Source: Longimicrobiales bacterium
Lineage (GTDB): Bacteria > Gemmatimonadota > Gemmatimonadetes > Longimicrobiales > Gaopeijiaceae
Direction: 5' to 3'
NCBI GenBank assembly: GCA_041690395.1
Contig: JAWLHJ010000001.1
Location: forward strand, 256,001-320,000
Length of the DNA stretch: 64,000 nucleotides
Shown piece after piece: positions 55,649 through 64,000 of the stretch (position 1 is its first letter; the number at the start of each line of letters is the position of its first letter). Both the position numbers and the translations under genes were made by a program. The notes below the pieces were generated by a model, which was given only the letters and a program-made list of their open reading frames with translations, did not search any database and was not told where the DNA came from.

Positions 55649-56884
55649 TCACGGCTGTCCGAACAGTCCCGGCGCCGCGCGGACGGACGCTACGATCCCC
55701 GCGTGGTCGGAGGGCCAGAGCCCCCCGGCCGCTATCCGGTCGCTCGCGTCGTCCACCACGATCTCGACCGACACGCTCCCGGGCACGAGCCCGCTCCGCG
55801 ACGGGTTTCCCGCGCCCCGCAGAAGCACGAAGTCGATCCGCTCCATGAGGGTCGAGGTCTCGTTTCTGAGGTCCGGGCTCTGGCAACAGGTGTACCCCGG
55901 ATCGCCGGCCGGCTGACCGGACTGTTCCCATGCGTCCGTGAATCCGGCCGCGATCAGATCGTCGTAGGTCGGCGTCCACGATGGCGCGCCGGGGTTGGCC
56001 GCATCCGAGTTGAGGTCGCCGGCCACGACCGTCAGGCCGTCGAGGTCTGCCGTCACCCGCCCGATCAGCTCGTCCGCCTGGGCGGCCTGCACTGGCGCGA
56101 GGCCCTGCACTTCGAGGTGGGTCGTGACGAAGTGCCGAGGAACGCCGTCGATGTTCGTCCGCACCCGGATCCACCCCCGCTCGAGCGTGAGCGGCCCGAG
56201 GTCGTAGGCCGCCTCGAACCCGTCCTGGTGCACGGCCTCGACCGGGACGTCGGTGCGGCGGAGCACCGCGATGCGATCGGTGAACTGGAGGATCCGGGTC
56301 ACCCGCGCCGCTTCCGGATCCACGGCGAGGGGTAGGCCGCCCGCCTGCCCGGTGGTCGTCGCCTCCTGGACTGCGACGACCTCGTACGGGAGCCCGTGCC
56401 GCGCGATCGCGTCCTCCATGATCGTGAGCAGGTCGACGGACGCCGTGACGGTCGGCGTGCCCGTGGCGAGATCGACGACGGTGAAGCGGAAGACCTCCTG
56501 GAGTCCGACGAGGTGCGGTCGGTGCGCGGAAATGCGCGCCACCACGGCTTCGATCCGTGCTTCGGGGTCGCTGGCGGTCACCTGTTGCCAGAACCGGTTG
56601 GTGGCCTCGATCACGGCCGGAACGTTTCCGAAGTCGAGCGACAGGAGCGGCCCGGTATCTCCCCCCAGGTAGAGGTTCTGGGAGTAGACGGTGAACTCTG
56701 GGCCATGCGTGCCGACTCGGTCGAGCGCCGGGTCGGGCTCGGTTCCGGGTCCGAGCGCTCCCGGCGCGTCGGCACAGCCGGCGGTGAGGCTCACGGCGAC
56801 GAGGGACGCGAGCCCGGCGCGACGCGGAAGGCTGGAACGTCGCAGAGCGGGGCGGTGACGTGTGTCGATGGTCTTGGCGTACAT
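55649..56884 (-). CDS. Endonuclease/exonuclease/phosphatase family lipoprotein
   Basis: Lipobox TAGC; SQNLYLG, GLQEV, TTHLE, AGDLNS, RIDFV, PSDH. Confidence 0.88.
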   Translation of the reverse strand: MYAKTIDTRHRPALRRSSLPRRAGLASLVAVSLTAGCADAPGALGPGTEPDPALDRVGTHGPEFTVYSQNLYLGGDTGPLLSLDFGNVPAVIEATNRFWQQVTASDPEARIEAVVARISAHRPHLVGLQEVFRFTVVDLATGTPTVTASVDLLTIMEDAIARHGLPYEVVAVQEATTTGQAGGLPLAVDPEAARVTRILQFTDRIAVLRRTDVPVEAVHQDGFEAAYDLGPLTLERGWIRVRTNIDGVPRHFVTTHLEVQGLAPVQAAQADELIGRVTADLDGLTVVAGDLNSDAANPGAPSWTPTYDDLIAAGFTDAWEQSGQPAGDPGYTCCQSPDLRNETSTLMERIDFVLLRGAGNPSRSGLVPGSVSVEIVVDDASDRIAAGGLWPSDHAGIVASVRAAPGLFGQP

Positions 56885-56960
56885 GCGGCACTCCCGTGTC
56901 CAGGGTTGCGGTGCTCTTGCACCGTGCCCGGAACGTTGCCACGCGTCGTCACGGCATGCG

Positions 56961-56978
56961 GTACGCGTGACCGCGTAC
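56961..56978. promoter_or_regulatory. 18-bp palindromic candidate operator upstream of the EEP gene
   Basis: GTACGCG-TGAC-CGCGTAC, a perfect 7-4-7 inverted repeat. Confidence 0.55.
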
Positions 56979-56992
56979 GGGCTGCCGGGCTG

Positions 56993-59900
56993 TTACGTAG
57001 CACCGATCCCTCCGTCGCCGCGGCCGTCCGCTTCCGGCGGGGGCAACCGTCCCTCGCGAACCATGTCTGCGAGCTCGTGGCGGTTCCGGATGTCGAGCTT
57101 GCGGTAGATACGGGTGAGATGGGTCGTCGCCGTCCGCTCCTTCATGCTGAGCTCCTTCGCGATGGCCTTGTTGCTCATCCGGCTCGCCACGCAGAGCGCG
57201 ACCTCCCACTCGCGCGGAGTGAGGTCCGCCGATCCCGGGCGTGGCCGGATGGGCGGCGGGGAAAGACCCTGCTCCCGGAACATGTCCCGCGTCGCCTCGA
57301 ACTCGGGCTGGGCGCCCAGTCGATGGAACATGACGTGGACCCGCCGCAGCTCGGCTTCCGCTTCGTCCTTGCGACCGGCATCGTAGAGGCGGCCGGCGAG
57401 TTGTCTCCGGATCCGGGCCGCGTCGTAGAGGAGCGGGATCTCCTCCAGCGACTCGGCGCCGGCCCTGAGCATCTCGATGGCCGGCCCCAACTCCTCGCCG
57501 GACAGCCAGATGACGAGGGCCTCGCAGGCGTTGCCCCAAGCCGCGGCGAGCCGGTGCCCGATGCGGGCTCCTTCGGCGCGCATCCTGGCTCCTGCCTTCC
57601 GTGCCCTCTCGAGGTCCCGCCGCCGGAGGTGGGCTTCCGCCAGGAGTGGCAACAGGAAGTGGAGGGTCCAGAACACGTATCCGGCCCGGTCCGCCAGCTC
57701 GATGCCGGCCTCTCCCACGTCCACCGCTTCGTCCCAGCGTCCTTCGGCGACGAGGCAGGCGGTCCGGCCGATATGCGCCGGCACGCCGACGTGCACGTCG
57801 CCCCGGTCGCCGGGCGCGCCGTCGAGCCCCGCCTGTGTCCAGGCCCGGTCGGCCAGCTTGCGCGCGCGGGCGCCGTCGCCCCTCCCGAGATAGACCATCG
57901 AAGTCCAGACGAGAAGTCGCGGCAGCAGTCCCGACTGACTCAGGTTCGTCGCGAGCCGGATGGCGCTCTCGCCCCGGGCGAGGGCGCCGTCCCAATCGCC
58001 CGTCGCGTACGCGTACTCGATCTCCAACTCCGCGGTCCAGAGCTTGAGCACCGGCGACCGCAACTCCTCGGCGACGTGCAGGGCCTGTCCCATCAGCCCC
58101 TTCATCTCTCCGGTGTTGCCCGTCAGCCCCTCGAGGGAGGCCAGGGCCCAACGCCCCCAGAATCGGACGTAGGGATCCCCGGCCCGATCGGCCAGCTCGA
58201 TGGCCTGCCATCCGTGCCGGCGGGCCTCGTCGGCCTCGCCGATCCAGGTGAAGAGGAGCGCGAGCGCCCGGTGTGCCCGCCCGAGCAGCATAGGGTCGTC
58301 CAGGTCGCTCGCTCGCTCCAGGCTCTCCTCGATGCACGCACGCGCTTCGTCCGCCCGTCCGACCTCCTGGAGGGCGACGCCCCGCGCGAGCAGGACGCGC
58401 GCTTCGAGGGCGCGTGCGACGTCCGGCTCCTCCGATGCGCCCCGGAGCGCGTCCAGGGCGGCATCGTACTCGGTGATGGCGGTCTCGTGGTGACCGCTCC
58501 AGAACGCGACGAGGCCCAGGTGTCTGAGCGCATTGGCGGCGGACATGCGACGCCCGCTGCGCTCGGCCTCCGCGAGGAGCTCCCGCCACAAGGCCGCGGC
58601 CTCGTCGTGCCTGCCGAGTCGGGCCAGCCCCCGGGCGAGGTGCTCCTGGATCTCCGAGCGCGGGACGCACTCGGCCCCGGGGGCCGACGCGGTCCCCGGG
58701 GCCGGGTACCGGGCCAGCGCGGTCGAGAGGTATGCGACGCCCTCACGGTCCGCGTGCCGCCGGAGGGCCGAGCGGCCCGCGTCGGCCAGGTAGCGCACGG
58801 CCTTCGGGTCGGCGGTCGCTTCTCCGCCTCGTTCGAAGTGGTAGGCGAGCTGGTCGACGGGCGGATGCGACCCTTCGTAGGCGCGCTCGAGGCCCTCGGC
58901 CAACGTGCGGTGGAGGAGCCGTCGGCGCGACGGGCCGAGGTCCTGGTAGAGCGTCTCCCGCAGCATCGGGTGCCGAAAGTCGAGGAAGATGTCGCGGTCG
59001 TCCTCGGACTCGTCGACGATGGACTGCGCCGTGAGTTCCGCGACCGCGGCCGTCACCCCCTCGGTGTCCAGGTCCGCCACGGCCTCGACGAGTCGGAGCG
59101 CGGCCCTGCCGCCGCTGACCGCGACCACCTCCGCGACGCACCGGGCGTCCGGGGACAGCGCGCGGAGGCGCAGGAGCAGCGCGTCGCGGACGGAGCCGGG
59201 GAGGTCGAGGCGCTCGACGTCCCACCCGAGCCAGGTGCCGTCCCGGCGGTAGAGCCGTCCGGAGTCGACCAACGCCTTGAGGGTCTCCTCCAGGAAGTAC
59301 GGGTTGCCGTGCGTCCACTGGAACAGGTGCGCCGCGAAGTCCTTGAGCGGCGAGCCCCTGACCTGGAAGACCTCGTGCAGGAGCTCCTCGGTGGCCTCGA
59401 GCGACAGGGGTGGAAGCCGGTGGCGGGCGAGCACGTTGAGCGAGCTGAGCGAGCGCTCGAAGCGGTCCAACGCCTCGAGCCCCTGCCCGTATCCGCGAGA
59501 CGCCGTGGCGAGTATCCGGATCGGCTCACCCTGCAGCTGACGCGTGAGGAAGTGCAGGAGCGACAGCGAGGAGGCGTCGGCCCAGTGCAGATCTTCGGCG
59601 ACGATGAGGATCGGCGCCCTCTCGGACAGTCGCTTCACGAACTCGGTGAAGCTCCAGAACAGCCGGGTCTTCGACTCGCCCGGGTCCCAGCCCTCGTCGC
59701 CCGGCGCCTCCGACCGCCCGAGGGCCGGAAAGAGCTGGCGGATGTCTCCCGACGTGCCGCGGGTCAGGACCGTCAGCGCGCCTTCGTCGAAGCCGCGCAG
59801 GATGGGCAGGAACGCATCGGCGATGAGGCTGTACGGCATGCCCGACTCGACCGGGTAGGCCCGGCCTTCCGCGACCGTCCAGTCGCGCCGCGCGGCTTCG

Positions 59901-60082
59901 GCGGCCAGCGCGCGGGACATCCGGGTCTTCCCGACGCCGGGGTCGCCGGTCATCAGGATCATGGGCTCGACCCGACTCTCGTGGCCGAAGAGGGTGTGGA
60001 GACGTGCGAGCTCATCTCGCCGACCGACCAGGGGAAGCTCCCTGGGCAGGTCACCGCCAGCCGCGTCCAGGTACGTACCCAT
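56993..60082 (-). CDS. Large ATP-binding LuxR-type regulator (AAA ATPase + TPR + LuxR HTH)
   Basis: GGAGGTGA RBS before ATG 60082; LVGRRDE, GDPGVGKT, EDLHWAD, GNPYF, LTPREWEV...SNKAIA...HLTRIYRKL. Confidence 0.93.
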   Translation of the reverse strand: MGTYLDAAGGDLPRELPLVGRRDELARLHTLFGHESRVEPMILMTGDPGVGKTRMSRALAAEAARRDWTVAEGRAYPVESGMPYSLIADAFLPILRGFDEGALTVLTRGTSGDIRQLFPALGRSEAPGDEGWDPGESKTRLFWSFTEFVKRLSERAPILIVAEDLHWADASSLSLLHFLTRQLQGEPIRILATASRGYGQGLEALDRFERSLSSLNVLARHRLPPLSLEATEELLHEVFQVRGSPLKDFAAHLFQWTHGNPYFLEETLKALVDSGRLYRRDGTWLGWDVERLDLPGSVRDALLLRLRALSPDARCVAEVVAVSGGRAALRLVEAVADLDTEGVTAAVAELTAQSIVDESEDDRDIFLDFRHPMLRETLYQDLGPSRRRLLHRTLAEGLERAYEGSHPPVDQLAYHFERGGEATADPKAVRYLADAGRSALRRHADREGVAYLSTALARYPAPGTASAPGAECVPRSEIQEHLARGLARLGRHDEAAALWRELLAEAERSGRRMSAANALRHLGLVAFWSGHHETAITEYDAALDALRGASEEPDVARALEARVLLARGVALQEVGRADEARACIEESLERASDLDDPMLLGRAHRALALLFTWIGEADEARRHGWQAIELADRAGDPYVRFWGRWALASLEGLTGNTGEMKGLMGQALHVAEELRSPVLKLWTAELEIEYAYATGDWDGALARGESAIRLATNLSQSGLLPRLLVWTSMVYLGRGDGARARKLADRAWTQAGLDGAPGDRGDVHVGVPAHIGRTACLVAEGRWDEAVDVGEAGIELADRAGYVFWTLHFLLPLLAEAHLRRRDLERARKAGARMRAEGARIGHRLAAAWGNACEALVIWLSGEELGPAIEMLRAGAESLEEIPLLYDAARIRRQLAGRLYDAGRKDEAEAELRRVHVMFHRLGAQPEFEATRDMFREQGLSPPPIRPRPGSADLTPREWEVALCVASRMSNKAIAKELSMKERTATTHLTRIYRKLDIRNRHELADMVREGRLPPPEADGRGDGGIGAT

Positions 60083-60173
60083 GCTGTCACCTCCCGGGAG
60101 GGGGTCCACGAGTGGCCCGGGGTCGATCAGGCCAAGGTAGGACCACCATACCGGTGTGACGAGGGTGCCCGGG

Positions 60174-60227
60174 CTACGTACGTATACGTAGTCGGCGGGC
60201 CGCTGGGTCGTACGCGTGACCCGTTAC
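60174..60227. promoter_or_regulatory. Two related 18-bp palindromic sites upstream of the LuxR-type regulator
   Basis: CTACGTA-CGTA-TACGTAG (60174-60191) and GTACGCG-TGAC-CCGTTAC (60210-60227). Confidence 0.5.
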
Positions 60228-61696
60228 GACCCCATGCCGCCCATCGGGTCGAAGCCCTTGTATCCCTTCCCCTGTGGAGGATTCTGGTGCAGCGCCTTCG
60301 AGTACCCGCCGGACGAGGTCCGGCTGATCCGCCGCTGCGCCACGAGCGCCTCGAGCACGAGCTCGCAGGCCGCGGCGCGCACTCCGTCGCTGACCTTGGC
60401 GGGTGCGAGCCCCACGCTCTCGACGAGGCCGAGCAGTCCCGGCACCGTGCTGAAGCCCTTCACGCACGCGGCCGACGCCGAGTCCTCGCCAACCTGGATC
60501 GCCCCGCCCCCCTCGAAGTACTCGACGATAGAGTCGACGTCGGCCCCTGCGGCGCGCACATCGAACGCCTGCGAAGAGCCGAGCTGGATGAGCTCCCGGG
60601 CGATCTTGTCCGCGCCGTGGAGCTCACCTTCGTACTCGAGCTCCATCTTGCCGGTGATCGCGGGCAGCGCGGCATACAGGTCGGTCATGCGCGGAACGGC
60701 CGTGTCTTCGCCGTGGCGGAGCGCGCGTCGCTCCGCGTTCGAGACCACCGTCTCCATGACCGTGATCGGCAGGCGCTGGCTCACGCCCGAGCGCTGGTCG
60801 ACCCGCTTGTCCTTCCGCGCCAGGAAGGCGACCCGCTCCACCGTTTCGGACACGAAGTCCGGAACCTCCACCGGCAGCCCGTCACGCGCGGTCCAGGCTT
60901 CCTGCTCGGTGATCGACACCCCGGTCTCGAGCTCCTCCGGATAGTGCGTCCGGATCTCCGCGCCGATCCGGTCCTTGAGCGGAGTGATGATCTTGCCGCG
61001 CGCCGTGTAGTCCTCCGGGTTCGCCGTGAAGACCATGAGCACGTCGAGGGCCAGCCGAATGGGATAGCCCTTCACCTGAACATCCCCCTCCTGGAGGATG
61101 TTGAAGAGGCCCACCTGGATCTTGCCGGCGAGGTCGGGAAGCTCGTTGATCGCGAACACGCCGCGGTTCGCGCGCGGAAGCAGCCCGTAGTGGATCGTGA
61201 GCTCGTCGGCCAGGATGTGGCCGCCACGAGCCGCCTTGATCGGATCGACGTCACCGATCATGTCGGCGATGGTCACGTCCGGCGTGGCCAGCTTCTCGAC
61301 GTAGCGGTGCTCCCGGTCGACCCATTCGATGGGTGTGTCGTCCCCGTGCTCGTCGATCAGCAGGCGGCCGAACTTCGAGATCGGCGCGAGCGGATCGTCG
61401 TTGACCTCGCTCCCCGCGAGGATCGGCATCTCCTCATCGAGCAGCGACACGAGCTGCCGGAGGATCCGACTCTTCGCCTGCCCACGCAGTCCCAGCAGGA
61501 TGAAGTCGTGCTTCGCCAGGACGGCGTTCACGATCTGCGGCGTGACCGTGTCCTCGTATCCCTGGATCCCCGGGAAGAGCTCGTCGCCGTCCCGGAGCTT
61601 CCGGACAAGGTTCGCGCGCATCTCGTCCTTGACGGTGCGGCTCTCGTAACCGGAAGCCTTCAGGGCGCCTAGCGTGGTGGGGCGTCTGTCGCTCAT
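60224..61696 (-). CDS. Magnesium-chelatase-like AAA+ ATPase
   Basis: GLRGQAKSR, EKLATPD, IGDVDPIKAA, INELPDL, ANPEDYTARG, DRIG; ATG at 61696. Confidence 0.9.
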   Translation of the reverse strand: MSDRRPTTLGALKASGYESRTVKDEMRANLVRKLRDGDELFPGIQGYEDTVTPQIVNAVLAKHDFILLGLRGQAKSRILRQLVSLLDEEMPILAGSEVNDDPLAPISKFGRLLIDEHGDDTPIEWVDREHRYVEKLATPDVTIADMIGDVDPIKAARGGHILADELTIHYGLLPRANRGVFAINELPDLAGKIQVGLFNILQEGDVQVKGYPIRLALDVLMVFTANPEDYTARGKIITPLKDRIGAEIRTHYPEELETGVSITEQEAWTARDGLPVEVPDFVSETVERVAFLARKDKRVDQRSGVSQRLPITVMETVVSNAERRALRHGEDTAVPRMTDLYAALPAITGKMELEYEGELHGADKIARELIQLGSSQAFDVRAAGADVDSIVEYFEGGGAIQVGEDSASAACVKGFSTVPGLLGLVESVGLAPAKVSDGVRAAACELVLEALVAQRRISRTSSGGYSKALHQNPPQGKGYKGFDPMGGMGS

Positions 61697-61909
61697 GCTC
61701 GGATCGTCTCCAGTGTGAATTCGGGGCGTCCCCGCCCGGCGGTCCGGCGCCAAGGGTAGAGCCGGCGCCGAGACTTCGCGATCTTTCCGGTCTGCCGCGA
61801 CGCCCGGTACCCGTCGTCCGGAGTCGAATCGATACACACGGCGGTCCGAGCGGGTCCGACCCGCTCCGGCGCCTCGTAACGCCGCACCCACTACAACACC
61901 GGAGCCACC

Positions 61910-63595
61910 ATGTCCGAGGGCAACCGCGCCCTGCGCAACTCCGTCCGTCCGCTCGACGCCCAGCCCCCGCTGCCGCGCAACCGGCTCATCGTCGAGGATA
62001 CCCCCGACGAGGAAGCCGTGCCCATGGACGTGGTGTTCGTCGGTGGCGGACCGGCCGGGCTGGCGGGCGCCATCGAGCTCGCGCGCCTGGTGAAGAAGGA
62101 CAACGAGGCCGGCGGCGGTATCGGTGAGCTCGAGATCGGCGTGCTGGAGAAGGCCGGCCAGCTCGGAGAGCACAACCTTTCGGGCGCGGTCGTGAACCCG
62201 AGCGCCTTCCGTGAGCTCTTCCCGGAGATGAGCGTCGAGGACTTCCCGTTCCGGCGCCCGGTGGAGAAGGAAGCGGTCTACTACCTGACCGACTCCAAAT
62301 CGGTGCGCATCCCGACGCCGCCGACCATGAAGAACCACGGCAACTACATCGCGTCGTTGAGCGAGATGGTGCGCTGGATGGGCGAGCAGGCCGAAGGGCT
62401 CGGCGTGAACGTCTTCCCGGGCTTCCCCGTCGATTCGCTGCTGGTCGAGGGTCGGAAGGTGATCGGCGTGAGGACCACCCCTGCCGGCCTCGACCGGGAA
62501 GGGGAGCCGTCCGGTCCCGACGCCATGCCGCCCATGGACCTCACGGCGCAGGTGACGGTCCTGTCCGAGGGGACGCGCGGCCCCCTCTCTCAGGCCTGGC
62601 TCGACTGGCAGGGCGTCACCTCGCAGAACCCGCAGATCTACGCGCTCGGCGTGAAGGAGATCTGGGAGGTGAAGAAGCCGCTCGACCGGATCATCCACAC
62701 CATGGGATGGCCGCTCCAGGGCACCATGTTCGGCGGCTCCTTCGTCTATCCGATGGCCGACGACCAGATCGCCATCGGGCTCGTGGTCGGGCTCGACTAC
62801 GAGGACGCGCGCTTCGACGTCCACGAAGCGCTCCAGCGCATGAAGCTCCACCCGCTCTTCCGGGAGTATCTGGAGGGCGGGGAGATGGTGGAGTGGGGGG
62901 CCAAGACCATCCCGGAGGGAGGCTACTACTCCGTGCCGGAGCGGCGCCACGGCGACGGGCTCTGCATCGTGGGTGACGCGGCCGGCTACGTGGAGGTCTC
63001 GTCGCTCAAGGGCATCCACTACGCCATGCACTCGGGCATGATGGCCGCCCGCCAGATCTTCGAGGCGCTCAAGAAGGGCGATACCTCGGCCGACGCGCTC
63101 GCCGGCTACACCGCCGCCGTCGACGGGAGCGTCATCATGAAGGACCTGAAGGAGCGCCGGAACATGCGCCTCGCGTTCAAGGGCGGCTTCGTCTCCGGAG
63201 GCGCGAAGGCGGGTCTCATGACACTCACGAAGGGGGCCTTCCCCGGGGGCAAGATCACCGTCGAGGAGGACGCGGCCGAGACGAAGTCGCTCACAGGCGA
63301 GGGCGAGAAGTTCGTGCCCGACGGCAAGCTGACCTTCTCGAAGGTCGACGCGGTCTACAAGGCCGGGAACCAGACCCGCGACGACATACCCAGCCACCTC
63401 ATCGTCGGCGAGGACGTGAGCGCCGAAGCGGCCGAGATGTACGTCCACCTCTGTCCGGCCGGGGTCTACGAGCGTGACGGCGACAAGCTCGTGGTCAACG
63501 CGCCGAACTGCGTGGACTGCAAGGCGACGGACGTGCTCGGTCCGCGCTGGACGCCGCGCGAGGGTGGAAGCGGGCCGTCGTACCGACAGATGTGA
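61910..63595 (+). CDS. Electron transfer flavoprotein-quinone oxidoreductase
   Basis: GGGPAGL, HNLSGAV, GVKEIW, GAKTIPEGG, GDAAG, KGIHYAM, C-terminal CPAGVY...NCVDCKA, EGGSGP.Y. Confidence 0.93.
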   Translation: MSEGNRALRNSVRPLDAQPPLPRNRLIVEDTPDEEAVPMDVVFVGGGPAGLAGAIELARLVKKDNEAGGGIGELEIGVLEKAGQLGEHNLSGAVVNPSAFRELFPEMSVEDFPFRRPVEKEAVYYLTDSKSVRIPTPPTMKNHGNYIASLSEMVRWMGEQAEGLGVNVFPGFPVDSLLVEGRKVIGVRTTPAGLDREGEPSGPDAMPPMDLTAQVTVLSEGTRGPLSQAWLDWQGVTSQNPQIYALGVKEIWEVKKPLDRIIHTMGWPLQGTMFGGSFVYPMADDQIAIGLVVGLDYEDARFDVHEALQRMKLHPLFREYLEGGEMVEWGAKTIPEGGYYSVPERRHGDGLCIVGDAAGYVEVSSLKGIHYAMHSGMMAARQIFEALKKGDTSADALAGYTAAVDGSVIMKDLKERRNMRLAFKGGFVSGGAKAGLMTLTKGAFPGGKITVEEDAAETKSLTGEGEKFVPDGKLTFSKVDAVYKAGNQTRDDIPSHLIVGEDVSAEAAEMYVHLCPAGVYERDGDKLVVNAPNCVDCKATDVLGPRWTPREGGSGPSYRQM

Positions 63596-63623
63596 CGCGG
63601 GCGGAGGTGCGCCGGCCGCCCGG

Positions 63624-64000
63624 TCACGGGTCCGTCCCGGCGCCCTCCCACCCGGCGCCCTCCCAGCAGGCCGGCGCGCCGGACGTGAGCCCCTCGACGG
63701 GAAGAAAGGCGCCATAGACCAGCATGCACCCCGCGCCGGTCTCGGTGTCGACGAGTCGGCCCCACCACCCCCTCGGGCCCGCCGCCAGAAAGTCGATGCG
63801 AAGCCCCGCCGGCAGCTCGAAGTCCCAGACATTCCCGAGGGCATCGAGGTCCGTCGTGTACGTGCCGGTGCCCGGGTACTGCATCTCCTGCGCGATGGCG
63901 ATGTTCCTGAAGTGGCCGACGAGCTCCGGGGCATCCGCCGACCGGGCCTCGTCCGGTCGGGCCGCGGAGTCACCGACGAGGGCGTCTCCTACGCCGGGTC
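63624..64000 (-). CDS. C-terminal part of a hypothetical protein with a pilin-like segment (truncated by window edge)
   Basis: Frame is open to the window end: ...ELVGHFRNIAIAQEMQYPGTGTYTTDLDAL...GCMLVYG...PACW. Confidence 0.55.
   Translation of the reverse strand, partial: PGVGDALVGDSAARPDEARSADAPELVGHFRNIAIAQEMQYPGTGTYTTDLDALGNVWDFELPAGLRIDFLAAGPRGWWGRLVDTETGAGCMLVYGAFLPVEGLTSGAPACWEGAGWEGAGTDP

Noticed and set aside
56396..61672. 1758-aa plus-strand ORF and many other long overlapping ORFs
   Set aside because: Antisense or shifted-frame shadows of real genes, caused by stop-codon scarcity at high GC; Arg/Pro/Gly-rich with no motifs.
61697..63973. Apparent 1249-aa version of the AAA+ protein
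   Set aside because: The N-terminal 759 codons are antisense to ETF-QO; the real start is ATG 61696. The same artefact inflates the track ORFs at 505, 14592, 24378, 27004 and 32842.
1..64000. CRISPR array, prophage, IS, tRNA/rRNA or recognisable defence system
   Set aside because: No regularly spaced repeats, integrase, transposase, structural RNA or defence-gene signatures seen by eye; the STAND-like ATPase ends in a LuxR HTH and looks regulatory.

Overview
High-GC bacterial chromosomal window. Gene content and style suggest Gemmatimonadota (inference). No rRNA, tRNA, CRISPR array, integrase or transposase was recognised. In order: a truncated lipoprotein; parA-parB-M23 peptidase-bactofilin followed by a DnaA-box cluster (candidate oriC); Nif3, zinc-ribbon/TPR, SDR and LOG genes; lipA-pdhA-pdhB-pdhC separated from lpdA-marR by a diheme lipoprotein and a glycosyltransferase plus a YghO/ceramide-synthase-like GNAT; ispH, fxsA, M42 peptidase, fRMsr-type GAF and an MBL hydrolase; glcDEF coupled to an M20-GNAT-NSAR/OSBS D-amino-acid module; an orphan PilB/GspE ATPase; TAXI-TRAP transporter; two convergent DUF5916-type outer-membrane proteins with an OmpR-family two-component system; an extended heme-copper oxidase operon; VWA, mutY, SLC13 permease, EEP lipoprotein, a large LuxR-type ATPase regulator, a chelatase-like AAA+ ATPase and ETF-QO. 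The most notable signals are an A-family cytochrome c oxidase that keeps the D-channel and active-site Tyr but lacks the K-channel residues, a pair of covarying structured elements right after that operon, two readable operator motifs, unannotated small membrane ORFs, and leaderless or non-canonical starts. All family assignments come from recognising motifs by eye, not from database searches.
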